Shown here piece by piece: positions 10,015 to 19,289 of a stretch of DNA of 64,000 nt (positions within the stretch are counted from its first letter, which is position 1; the number at the start of each line of letters is the position of its first letter). The stretch comes from Ignavibacteriota bacterium (lineage in GTDB: Bacteria > Bacteroidota > Ignavibacteria > UBA10030 > UBA6906). The stretch is from the NCBI GenBank assembly GCA_963801355.1, contig CAWDEM010000004.1, forward strand, positions 352,001-416,000, read 5' to 3'. A program made the position numbers and the translations under genes. The notes below the pieces were generated by a model, which saw nothing but the letters and a program-made list of their open reading frames with translations, searched no databases and had not been told where the DNA came from.

Positions 10015-11844
10015 ATGAAATCATTCCGTGAGCGGCTCCAGAATGAAGTGATCGTTTTCGATGGAGGTGTGGGCACATACCTCTACGAAAAGGGAATCTA
10101 CATTAACACGTGCTTTGACGAGCTGAACCTCACGAACGCTGATCTCGTGGGAGAAGTGCATCGTGACTACATCAATGCGGGCGCGGATGTCGTTGAAACA
10201 AACACATTCGGTGCAAACCGTTTCAAGTTGGCGCTGCACGGACTTGAAGCAAAGGTCTACGACATCAACCGTGCAGGAGCGGATATCGCCCGTAAGGTGG
10301 CCGGCGACACTACGCTCGTAGCCGGTTCAATCGGGCCGTTGGGTGTGCAGATTGAACCGATCGGCAAGCTCTCCTATGATGAAGCGAAAGAAGTATTCAA
10401 AGAGCAGGCCAGGGGATTACTGGACGGCCGGGTCGACCTGATGGTCCTGGAGACCTTTGCCCTTGTGAGTGAGTTACTCCAGGCTGTTCGTGCAATCCGT
10501 GAGCTGGATCCGGATATTCCGGTGATGGCACAGGTGACGGTGAATGATGACGGCGTGCTCCTCAGCGGGGCTACTCTTGAAACGTTCGTGACGGAAGTGA
10601 CGAAGTGCGCGATTGACGTGCTGGGGCTGAATTGTTCCGTAGGCCCTAAGGCGATGCTTGAAGCCCTTGAGCACCTCAAGCCGCTCACCAAGCTGCCGAT
10701 CTCCGTCCAGCCGAACGCCGGCGTTCCGCAGAATGTCGGCGGACGGAACATCTATATGACCTCGCCCGAATACATTGCCGAATATGCAAAACGGTTCATC
10801 CTTTCAGGAGCGCAGGTGGTGGGGGGCTGCTGCGGCACCAATCCCGGGCACATCAAGGCGATCCGGCGTGCAGTGCATGCGCTCCAGCCGTCGAAACGCA
10901 TGGATCTGACGGCGGCGGAGTTGAAAGTGACGGCCCCCGAAGCGGTTGCCATTGTGCCAATAGCCGAAAAATCACGCATCAGCAACAAGCTCGCCAAGCA
11001 CCAGTTTGTCACGCTGGTGGAGCTTGTCTCCCCCAAAGGAGTCTCACCGGCTTCTCAAGTGCAGAAAGCCCGCCGGCTGCACCACTTCGGGATCGATGCG
11101 ATCAATATTCCCGACGGGCCACGGGCATCGGCGCGGATGTCGGCACTGGCTCTTGCCGCCATCATCCAGAAGGAAGTGGGGATCGAGACCGTGCTGCATT
11201 TCGCCTGTCGTGACAGAAACGTGATCGGCATGCAATCGGACCTTCTGGGAGCGTGGGCGCTCGGGATGCACAATATCCTGGCCATTACCGGCGATCCTCC
11301 CAAACTCGGCAACTATCCGAACGCCACGGCCGTGTTTGACGTCGATGCCATCGGATTGACCAACATCATCAATCGCCTGAATCATGGCCTCGACCTTGCA
11401 GGCAATCCGATCGGCGAGCCGACGGGGTTCAGCATCGGTGTGGGCGTGAACCCCGGAGCGATCAATCTGGATGAAGAGCTCAGGCGGCTTGATTGGAAGA
11501 TCGAGGCAGGTGCCGAATACATGATTACACAACCGGTGTTTGACCTGCGTCTGCTTGAACAGTTTATGAAGAGGATCGCACACACGCACCTCCCGCTTCT
11601 CTGCGGCATCTGGCCCCTCATCTCGTACGGAAACGCGGAATTCATGAATAACGAAGTACCCGGTGCCAGCGTGCCTCCGGATATCCTCGCGCGGATGCGC
11701 AAGACCACGACAAAGGAAGAGGGCTTCCGCGAAGGAGTGGCAATTGCGAAGGAGACGTACGACCGTGTGAAGAACGACGTCGCCGGGGTGCAGCTTTCCG
11801 CCCCGATGGGACGCATCGAAGGTATCTTCATGATGATGGAGTAG
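10015..11844 (+). CDS. yitJ: Bifunctional homocysteine S-methyltransferase / 5,10-methylenetetrahydrofolate reductase
   Basis: N-terminal HMT domain (DGGVGT, ETNTFGAN, GLNCSVGP, GGCCGT) and C-terminal MetF domain (CRDRN, TGDPP, KIEAGAEYMITQPVFD). Confidence 0.92.
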   Translation: MKSFRERLQNEVIVFDGGVGTYLYEKGIYINTCFDELNLTNADLVGEVHRDYINAGADVVETNTFGANRFKLALHGLEAKVYDINRAGADIARKVAGDTTLVAGSIGPLGVQIEPIGKLSYDEAKEVFKEQARGLLDGRVDLMVLETFALVSELLQAVRAIRELDPDIPVMAQVTVNDDGVLLSGATLETFVTEVTKCAIDVLGLNCSVGPKAMLEALEHLKPLTKLPISVQPNAGVPQNVGGRNIYMTSPEYIAEYAKRFILSGAQVVGGCCGTNPGHIKAIRRAVHALQPSKRMDLTAAELKVTAPEAVAIVPIAEKSRISNKLAKHQFVTLVELVSPKGVSPASQVQKARRLHHFGIDAINIPDGPRASARMSALALAAIIQKEVGIETVLHFACRDRNVIGMQSDLLGAWALGMHNILAITGDPPKLGNYPNATAVFDVDAIGLTNIINRLNHGLDLAGNPIGEPTGFSIGVGVNPGAINLDEELRRLDWKIEAGAEYMITQPVFDLRLLEQFMKRIAHTHLPLLCGIWPLISYGNAEFMNNEVPGASVPPDILARMRKTTTKEEGFREGVAIAKETYDRVKNDVAGVQLSAPMGRIEGIFMMME

Positions 11845-11860
11845 GCTCATCCGGTCATGG

Positions 11861-11894
11861 CGTCACCCATGTGTATCCTCGGGTGACGTTGTTT
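11861..11894 (+). terminator. Probable intrinsic terminator after yitJ
   Basis: CGTCACCC...GGGTGACG stem followed by TTGTTT. Confidence 0.5.
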
Positions 11895-12006
11895 GCGGAT
11901 CCTTCCCATCGCGCAGCGTATCATGCCCTAGTGTAGAATCCATCCTTTGGCATTCCCCCGAGAACCGGTAATACCTTCCCTATGCTGTCTATTCAGCATA
12001 TTTGCC

Positions 12007-12021
12007 TGGCATGGCGTTTGC
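12007..12021 (+). promoter_or_regulatory. Sigma54 (-24/-12) promoter of the pilin-like operon
   Basis: TGGCATG-GCGT-TTGC matches TGGCACG-N4-TTGC with exact GG/GC spacing, about 40 bp upstream of ATG 12064. A palindrome TATGCTG-N6-CAGCATA (11981-12000) lies just upstream. Confidence 0.6.
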
Positions 12022-12063
12022 GCCCCTTTGCAGCAGCAGTAAAGGCCACAAGCGAGGGATTCC

Positions 12064-12588
12064 ATGAGTACGGGTCACACGATTATTACCATATTCGCAT
12101 TCATACTACTTTCAACTCTGATCGTCAACTTCTATGACCTCAGCGGAAACGCAGGGGACTCCATTTCAAGCGGACAGGATGGCATCTTTCTGACGTCCAT
12201 TACTACTTCATTCATCGAAATGGCACAGGGTTTGGCGTACGACAGTATCACCGACACCATGAATGTCGGCCTCACCAATGCTCTGTCGCTCACCTCGCCG
12301 AATGATCTGGGACCTGAAGCAGGGGAAGACTCACTGCAACTGTTCAATGATTTCGATGACTTTGACGGCTTCAGCATAGAAAAAGAAGCCGGGACATCGG
12401 GTCGCCGCTACCGGACGTCATTCAGGGTGTTCTATGTAAATCCGGACGATCTTGAACAGATCGCTTTGTCCCGGACATTCGTGAAGAGACTGGACATGAG
12501 AACATGGCGGACATTTCCGCCGGCAGGGGATTCAATGGTGGACACGTTGAGATCCGGTTTTGTCATGGGTTACTTTCACTTTGACTGA
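12064..12588 (+). CDS. Minor-pilin-like protein (MshD/PilV-like), N-terminal TM helix
   Basis: Hydrophobic N-terminal helix followed by an amphipathic helix. Acidic FNDFDDFDG motif reminiscent of MshD. C-terminal beta strands. Confidence 0.55.
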   Translation: MSTGHTIITIFAFILLSTLIVNFYDLSGNAGDSISSGQDGIFLTSITTSFIEMAQGLAYDSITDTMNVGLTNALSLTSPNDLGPEAGEDSLQLFNDFDDFDGFSIEKEAGTSGRRYRTSFRVFYVNPDDLEQIALSRTFVKRLDMRTWRTFPPAGDSMVDTLRSGFVMGYFHFD

Positions 12589-12599
12589 GGGAGACGAGA

Positions 12600-13214
12600 A
12601 TGTCGGATATACTGGATTATATCAGCTCGATCTTGATGGGTGGCATGCTCACGCTGAACGTGCTCACCGTCAATGAGATCGCCAATGAGACCTACTCCGT
12701 CTATCAGGGCGATATGTCGGTGCAGGAAATGCTGGTGACCAGCGTGCAGGTCATGGAAGGCGAATTCCGGAATATGGGATTCGGGGTTCCCGAGAATGAG
12801 CGGACGGTTCTCGATGCGGATACGTCCAGCGTCACATTTTTGACAGACCTTAACCGGGACGGCGCGCCGTTGGATACGGTCCGGTATTTCCTTGGATCGA
12901 TTGACGAGCTCAGCTATACGCAGAACGTCCTGGACCGTTACGTCTATCGCACCGTCAACGGTGTCAACGGGCTCAAGGTCGGCGTAGTGACAACATTCCG
13001 GTTCCGATATCTTGCCAGGGGCGGTGAAGAGCTTGCACTGCCGGTTCCCGCGGACCGTCTGTCCGAGATCCATGAGGTGGAAATCACAATGGAAGTGCAA
13101 AACCCGTATGCCATCTACAATGTCGATCAGACGACGACAGGCAACGAGAGCGCACTCTTCTCCAGCTCGTACTGGCAACAGACGCGTCTGGCATCACAGA
13201 ATTCAAGGAGGTAA
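12600..13214 (+). CDS. Minor-pilin-like protein (PilW-like)
   Basis: N-terminus SDILDYISSILMGGMLTL, 'EFRNMG' after the long helix, D.N.DG..D.V.Y and F.F.Y motifs. RBS gaggag. Confidence 0.55.
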   Translation: MSDILDYISSILMGGMLTLNVLTVNEIANETYSVYQGDMSVQEMLVTSVQVMEGEFRNMGFGVPENERTVLDADTSSVTFLTDLNRDGAPLDTVRYFLGSIDELSYTQNVLDRYVYRTVNGVNGLKVGVVTTFRFRYLARGGEELALPVPADRLSEIHEVEITMEVQNPYAIYNVDQTTTGNESALFSSSYWQQTRLASQNSRR

Positions 13215-13220
13215 CCCACC

Positions 13221-14507
13221 GTGGGTGGCAGAGCAGCGTTGATACTTGTTCTCGGTGTTTCGTTCATTCTTGGGTACATCTCAAGGAACATCAACACCGT
13301 GGCCACGAAGGCGGTCAGCAACATGTCGATGTACAACTCGATGACCGCATCACATGATCTTGCGCTGGCAGGGGCCAACGCGCGTCTGGCGGAATTCTAT
13401 CAGGACACCAGCTCTCTTGCGAGCATGTCCCAGACCTTTGACGGTACAGTCTATAACGGCAGTTTTGTTGCGTCGATGCAGGCGATCAGCGGCAACCGCA
13501 TCAGACTCCGGAGCGTTTCCACGTATCCCATGGGCGGCGGCGCATCGTTGCACGACACCGTGGAGGTTTTCTTTGACAGGAACAAGAAGAACAGCTTTAC
13601 GCTCTTTGCCTGGATGACCGACTTTGAAGGAAATGTGTTCTGGGTGAACTCCGACACCGTGTGGGGCCGCGTCCACTCCAACGGCAACCTGCACATCAAC
13701 GGAAGTCCGGTGTTCATGCAAAAGGCAACCACGGCAAAGGGTTTCGATCCGCCCAAGGTGGGAAAGGGAACCAACAAGGCGATTTTCAAAGACGGTTATG
13801 AAACCGGTATCGCGCCCATCAACTTCCCTACAGACATCTCCGAAATCCTCACTGCAAGCGTCAGCGGCGGCAGAAAGTACATCGGCGACATCTATGTGAC
13901 ACTGTCTCCCGGCACGTCGGCAAACAATGACGGCAAGGCGTACATCAGAAGCGGGAACACTGCGGCAGGGGCGATCATCGATTCCGTGAACCTCAACGAC
14001 GGAAGTTTCAACGGAGCGGTGCTGGCGACAGGCAAAGTCAATGTGGAAGGCACACTCGACGGAAAGCTGACGCTCGCTTCCCAGACGAACGTGGTGGTCC
14101 AGAATGACGTGTTGTACGAAAGAAATCCGCAGGTCACCACAAGCGATGACGTCCTGGGGCTTGTGGCCGAGCAAAATGTGATTGTTGCCGATAATGCGGC
14201 CAACCGCAACAATTGCGAAATCCACGCAAGCATCTTCACGCGTACAGGATCGTTTACCGCGCAGAACTATAACTCACTTCCCCTCACCGGTCAGCTTCGC
14301 GTGCTTGGTTCCATCGTCCAGAAGGAACGCGGGGCGGTAGGCACATTCTCCGGCAGCACGTTGAATCATGGGTTTTCCAAACGGTACCGGTATGACACCC
14401 GGCTGGCGGACCAGACCTTCCGTCCGCCCTTCTATCCGGGCTACTACGTGAGCACGTATGCAATCACCAACTGGTGGGAAAGCTACCGTGTGATGGAGTT
14501 TGAGTAG
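13221..14507 (+). CDS. PilX-like protein with large beta-rich C-terminal domain (DUF4900-like)
   Basis: GTG start after RBS aggagg. G-RAALILVL N-terminus, 'LALAGAN' PilX-like helix, GRVHSNG, and RYRYDTRL...PPFYP C-terminus. Confidence 0.6.
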   Translation: MGGRAALILVLGVSFILGYISRNINTVATKAVSNMSMYNSMTASHDLALAGANARLAEFYQDTSSLASMSQTFDGTVYNGSFVASMQAISGNRIRLRSVSTYPMGGGASLHDTVEVFFDRNKKNSFTLFAWMTDFEGNVFWVNSDTVWGRVHSNGNLHINGSPVFMQKATTAKGFDPPKVGKGTNKAIFKDGYETGIAPINFPTDISEILTASVSGGRKYIGDIYVTLSPGTSANNDGKAYIRSGNTAAGAIIDSVNLNDGSFNGAVLATGKVNVEGTLDGKLTLASQTNVVVQNDVLYERNPQVTTSDDVLGLVAEQNVIVADNAANRNNCEIHASIFTRTGSFTAQNYNSLPLTGQLRVLGSIVQKERGAVGTFSGSTLNHGFSKRYRYDTRLADQTFRPPFYPGYYVSTYAITNWWESYRVMEFE

Positions 14508-14538
14508 CACTGCGATGCGTTGCAAGTAGCGCTGAATT

Positions 14539-14575
14539 TCCCGTAATTGCCGTATTAGGCAATTACGGGATTTCT
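14539..14575 (+). terminator. Perfect 13-bp hairpin between the pilin-like operon and mutS (likely terminator)
   Basis: TCCCGTAATTGCC-GTATTA-GGCAATTACGGGA followed by TTTCT. Confidence 0.6.
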
Positions 14576-14577
14576 GT

Positions 14578-17193
14578 ATGTCCACCCCCCTCATGCGGCA
14601 ATACGCGCAGGTAAAGGCGAAGTACCCGGATACCATTCTACTCTTCCGGATGGGGGACTTTTTTGAAACATTCGATGACGACGCGAAGGTCGCCGCGCGC
14701 GTCCTTGGTATTACCCTTACCCGCCGGGGAAACGGAACCGCCGGCGAGACTCCCCTGGCAGGATTCCCGCATCACGCCCTGGATACCTACCTCCCCCGTC
14801 TCCTGAAGGCCGGCTACCGTGTGGCTGTCTGCGAGCAAATGGAAGATCCGAAACTCGCAAAGGGTATTGTCAAACGCGACGTCATTGAGGTGGTGACGCC
14901 GGGTGTTGCGTTTTCCGACAAAGTCCTGGAGCAAAAACGCAACAACTACCTGGCAGCTGTCGCATTGCCGGGCGCGCTCGCGACAGGAATGGATCGCGTC
15001 GGCCTTGCCTTCGTGGATGTAACAACGGCGGACTTCCGCGTTGCGGAGATGCCGCTACGCGCGCTCGCCGAACAGGTGGGCGCCCTGGAGCCGTCGGAAC
15101 TCCTCGTGCAACGGCGCGACGCCGAAACCATCGGACAGGTCCTCCGGGCCACTTTTCACGGCCTGGCGACAAAAACCGAGGACTGGATCTTCAACGACGA
15201 TTATGCGCGCGAGCTTCTGACCGCCCACTTCAACACCCAGTCCCTGAAAGGTTTCGGCCTACAGGAGTTCACGATCGGGATCCTGGCCGCCGGCGCGATC
15301 ATGCACTACCTTCAGGAGACGCAGAAGTCGAACCTTCTGCACATCCGCAAACTCCTGCCGTTTGATATTGCCGACCATATTGTGCTGGATCCCTCAACGA
15401 AGCGGAATCTGGAGATCACCGCATCCATTGCAGGGGACAGCGACGGGACTCTGGTACATGTGCTCGACCGCACCGCGACCCCGATGGGAGGGCGGCTCCT
15501 GAAGCGGTGGATTACACAGCCCCTGAATGCGGTCGCACCGATCCGTGCGCGCCTTGATGCCGTCAGCGAGCTGGTCAATAATGCGACTATACGGGATGCC
15601 GTTGCGGCGCACCTCTCGAGGATCGGAGATCTTGAGCGGCTCAACAGCCGCATTTGCACGGCCCGCGCCGGCCCACGCGACCTTCAGGGATTGCGCGGCA
15701 TCCTCGAGGAAATCGTCCTGCTGCGCGGCAGCTCGAATGCCTTCACGGCAGAGTCCCTGCGTGGTGTACACACCGATCTCCAACCATTACCCGAAGTCGT
15801 CGGACTTATTCAGGCGGCCATTCATCCCGCTCCGCCCGGAACGCTCGCCGACGGTGGCGTGATCTTGCAGGGATACAACAAGGAGCTGGATGAACTGCGT
15901 CTCCTTTCCACCAGCGGCAAGCAATGGATCGCCGACCTCCAGACCGGGGAGAGGGAACGCACGGGCATCCCATCGTTGAAGGTGGGGTTCAACAACGTCT
16001 TCGGGTACTATATTGAAATCACCAACACGCATCGGGACAAAGTTCCATCCCAATACACGCGCAAGCAGACACTGACAGGTGCCGAACGGTACATTACGCC
16101 GGCCCTGAAAGAGTATGAGGAGAAGATCCTCCATGCGGAAGAGCGCATCCTCGCTCTTGAGACGCAGCTCTTTACCGACATCCGCCTTCGTGTTGCCGCA
16201 CATGCGGACGCGATCACCTCGAACGCCCGTGCGCTGGCGGCATTGGATTGCTACGTGTCGCTCGCCGCGGTCGCGGCGGAGAATGATTACGTCAGGCCGG
16301 ATGTCAACGACGGACCGGTCATCGAGATCGTCGACGGCAGGCATCCTGTGATCGAGCGGCTCCTCCCGCCCGGCGAGCACTACACTCCCAACTCAGTTCG
16401 TCTGGACAGCGGCAGAGAACAGATTCTGATCATCACCGGCCCGAACATGAGCGGGAAGTCGAGCTTTTTGCGGCAGGTCGGTTTGATCACCTTGCTTGCC
16501 CAGATTGGCAGCCATGTGCCGGCGAAGAAAGCAGTCATCGGTCTGGTGGACAAAATCTTCACGCGGGTGGGAGCGAGCGACAACATCGCTTCCGGGGAGA
16601 GCACATTCCTGGTGGAAATGCACGAGGCCGCCAACATTGTCAACACAGCCACGGCGCGGAGCTTGATTCTGCTGGATGAGGTGGGACGCGGGACCAGCAC
16701 GTTCGACGGGATCAGCATCGCCTGGGCGCTGACGGAGTATGTGCATGATCGCATCGGAGCGCGGACGCTTTTTGCGACACACTACCATGAGCTGAACGAG
16801 CTTGCGGATCTCCTCCCCCGCATCAGGAACCTCAAGGTCGACGTACGGGAGTACGGCGACAAGGTGATCTTCCTGCACAAAGTCACTCCCGGGTTCGCCG
16901 ATCATTCGTACGGCATCCAGGTGGCGCAGATGGCCGGACTTCCCGAAGAGCTCACCGACCGTGCAAAGCAGCTCCTCAAAAACCTCGAATCATCCGACCT
17001 GACATTTGATGAAGAGACGGCGGGAACGCGGCGTCGCGGACGGAGCCCTTCCGCAAACGTACAACTGACCCTCTTCGAAATGAAGGATGATGTCCTCCGT
17101 GAGCGGCTCCGGAAGGTGGACCCCGATGCAATGACCCCCCTCGATGCACTGCGGCTGCTGACTGAACTCAAGAAGTCCGTTGAAAGAAAATAG
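14578..17193 (+). CDS. mutS: DNA mismatch repair protein MutS
   Basis: TPLMRQY, GDFFETF, GPNMSGKS Walker A, STFLVEM, LDEVGRGT, ATHYHEL, and a C-terminal QLTLF clamp motif. Confidence 0.97.
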   Translation: MSTPLMRQYAQVKAKYPDTILLFRMGDFFETFDDDAKVAARVLGITLTRRGNGTAGETPLAGFPHHALDTYLPRLLKAGYRVAVCEQMEDPKLAKGIVKRDVIEVVTPGVAFSDKVLEQKRNNYLAAVALPGALATGMDRVGLAFVDVTTADFRVAEMPLRALAEQVGALEPSELLVQRRDAETIGQVLRATFHGLATKTEDWIFNDDYARELLTAHFNTQSLKGFGLQEFTIGILAAGAIMHYLQETQKSNLLHIRKLLPFDIADHIVLDPSTKRNLEITASIAGDSDGTLVHVLDRTATPMGGRLLKRWITQPLNAVAPIRARLDAVSELVNNATIRDAVAAHLSRIGDLERLNSRICTARAGPRDLQGLRGILEEIVLLRGSSNAFTAESLRGVHTDLQPLPEVVGLIQAAIHPAPPGTLADGGVILQGYNKELDELRLLSTSGKQWIADLQTGERERTGIPSLKVGFNNVFGYYIEITNTHRDKVPSQYTRKQTLTGAERYITPALKEYEEKILHAEERILALETQLFTDIRLRVAAHADAITSNARALAALDCYVSLAAVAAENDYVRPDVNDGPVIEIVDGRHPVIERLLPPGEHYTPNSVRLDSGREQILIITGPNMSGKSSFLRQVGLITLLAQIGSHVPAKKAVIGLVDKIFTRVGASDNIASGESTFLVEMHEAANIVNTATARSLILLDEVGRGTSTFDGISIAWALTEYVHDRIGARTLFATHYHELNELADLLPRIRNLKVDVREYGDKVIFLHKVTPGFADHSYGIQVAQMAGLPEELTDRAKQLLKNLESSDLTFDEETAGTRRRGRSPSANVQLTLFEMKDDVLRERLRKVDPDAMTPLDALRLLTELKKSVERK

Positions 17194-17226
17194 CGAATTC
17201 CGGCCGAATTCGAGCATTTTCACACC

Positions 17227-17255
17227 TTGGAAATCCCCACCCTTCTGCGTACCTT
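17227..17255 (+). promoter_or_regulatory. Possible sigma70-type promoter
   Basis: TTGGAA-N17-TACCTT upstream of the C39-peptidase gene. Confidence 0.3.
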
Positions 17256-17308
17256 TAACGGCATTCCACGCCGATGGCGCTGCCGGACATTTGCCAGAAA
17301 TGTGACTC

Positions 17309-18169
17309 ATGGGCCTCTATCCTCAACCGAACAAGTATCAATGCGGTCCCTTCGCCCTCAAGTACTCGCTGATCATGCTCGGGAGGTTCGTTGATGAGAA
17401 CCAGATTTCCCGCATCGCCGGCACGCACTGGTGGGCAGGAACCGACGAGATCAAACTTGGCCGGGCGGCACATGCCTTCGGCTGTGATATGCGGATCATC
17501 CGCCGCACCAAATCCCTCAGAGCGAAGCGCGAACTACTGCTCTCACTGAAGAAAGGCTATCCGGCCATACTCTGTGTTGACGGGTGGGAGCACTGGATTA
17601 CCGTGGTGGGAGCGGAAAAGGGGAAGTTCATATCGATTGACAGCAGGGAAGCGCCGGTGGTGTGCGTTGACACCTGGCTGGCACTCAAGAAACGCTGGGT
17701 CTACAATGAAGTGGATCAGGATGACCCGACGGAGACCAAGACACTGTACGATCTGCATCTCCTTATTCCCCGCTTCCGTGTGCGCACGAAGGCGCGCCTC
17801 TCGCTGAAGCGGGCGCGCTACCTCCGCAGGCCGGAGAACCGGGAGTTTGCCACGCACTGGGATGAATACTTCACGGATCTTATCCAGATCTGCACTCCGC
17901 GGGATCCACGCAGTGAGAAAGTGTTTCCCCTGGGGGAACTGCTGCGACGCCATGGTGCGATGATCCGCGAGCAGGTGTCGTTCTGGCATGGCAGGGTGAA
18001 GAAAGACCAGATCCGCCGTCTCCTGCGGAATATGAAATTCGTTGCCGATACGTACGATCTGGTCGTACGCAAAGAAGACGAGAAGCGCGCCATCGCAGCC
18101 ATCACGACCCTCCTGACACTATGGGCCTCATCCCGGCTCGGTGTGGGAGACGTCTATGGCAATGCCTAG
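17309..18169 (+). CDS. Stand-alone C39-family cysteine peptidase domain protein with helical C-terminal domain
   Basis: Q-x5-CGP..L (QPNKYQCGPFAL), GT, HW.VV and ID catalytic Cys/His/Asp pattern. No signal peptide and no ABC transporter domain. Confidence 0.75.
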   Translation: MGLYPQPNKYQCGPFALKYSLIMLGRFVDENQISRIAGTHWWAGTDEIKLGRAAHAFGCDMRIIRRTKSLRAKRELLLSLKKGYPAILCVDGWEHWITVVGAEKGKFISIDSREAPVVCVDTWLALKKRWVYNEVDQDDPTETKTLYDLHLLIPRFRVRTKARLSLKRARYLRRPENREFATHWDEYFTDLIQICTPRDPRSEKVFPLGELLRRHGAMIREQVSFWHGRVKKDQIRRLLRNMKFVADTYDLVVRKEDEKRAIAAITTLLTLWASSRLGVGDVYGNA

Positions 18170-18178
18170 ACTACCCCG

Positions 18179-19288
18179 ATGAACATTCTGCTGACCAACT
18201 CCACCGACATCTTTGCGGGAGGAGAGGACTATGTTCTCATTCTGGCAAAGTATCTGCGCAAGCGCGGCCACGCGGTGAGCGTCTCAGCGCTCCCCGGCCA
18301 TCTCCTGCTCCAGAAATGTGCCGCCGCCGGAATTCCCGGCGTGCCCATTGCGTATCATGGTATGGACCGTGTCTTCCACGTAGCATCAGTGCTCCGGCGT
18401 GAGCTGCGCGCCCGGCACATTGATGTTGTACACAGCAACGCGAATTATGACCGGACAACCGCCGCTCTTGCAGCAGCCGGGACCCCGACCCGTCACGTCG
18501 CAGGAATCCACAGCACTCACTCGATCCAGCACAACATCACCCACTGGCTGCGGAACCGGTGGGGCATCGACCATTTCATCACCGACGCCGAGGCCGGAAA
18601 GGAGGTGCTGGTCCGGGAAGACCACATTGCCGGCCACAGGATCACCACGGTTCCGATAGGCATTGAAGATGAGCCGCCCGGAGAGCGTGCCACCGCCCGG
18701 CACACCACGCGTGACCGGCTGGGGGTGCGGGACACGACCTGTGTCATTGGCAACGTCGCGCGGCTTGTGCCGTTCAAGGGCCACCGGATTCTGCTCGAGG
18801 CGATTGGCATCGTTGTCCGTCAGGTGCCGGATGTGCTTTTTCTGGTCATCGGGGATGGCGAGTTGCTGGAGACGCTTGAGGCGCAGGCACGTTCACTGGA
18901 CATTGCCGGGAAGACCCGTTTCCTCGGCTTTCAGGACAATCTTCACCTCTGGTATCCCGCGTTCGACATCTATTGCCACTCTTCGCTTGAAATGGCCGCG
19001 GAAATGTTTCCCATTGCCATACTCCGGGCGCTCTCCACGGGTCTGCCCGTGGTGTGTTCGAAAGTCGGGGGAATCGCGCTGATGGTTCGCGACGGCGTTT
19101 CGGGTTTCCTGGTTCCGCCCGAAGATCCTGAGGTCCTTGCCGCCTCACTCCTGCGGGTCATGACCGATCCGGCACTGCGCGCACAGATGGGGGCGGCATC
19201 CGCCGCGCTGTTCCGGGAACAGTTCCACGCAGCTGCGATGGCCGAAAAAGTCGAACGTGTCTATATGCGCATCATGGAAACACACTGA
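18179..19288 (+). CDS. Glycosyltransferase family 4
   Basis: GGE...L..L..RGH, VARLVPFKG, and E.FP..ILRALSTGLPVV..VGG. Confidence 0.9.
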   Translation: MNILLTNSTDIFAGGEDYVLILAKYLRKRGHAVSVSALPGHLLLQKCAAAGIPGVPIAYHGMDRVFHVASVLRRELRARHIDVVHSNANYDRTTAALAAAGTPTRHVAGIHSTHSIQHNITHWLRNRWGIDHFITDAEAGKEVLVREDHIAGHRITTVPIGIEDEPPGERATARHTTRDRLGVRDTTCVIGNVARLVPFKGHRILLEAIGIVVRQVPDVLFLVIGDGELLETLEAQARSLDIAGKTRFLGFQDNLHLWYPAFDIYCHSSLEMAAEMFPIAILRALSTGLPVVCSKVGGIALMVRDGVSGFLVPPEDPEVLAASLLRVMTDPALRAQMGAASAALFREQFHAAAMAEKVERVYMRIMETH

Positions 19289-19289
19289 C

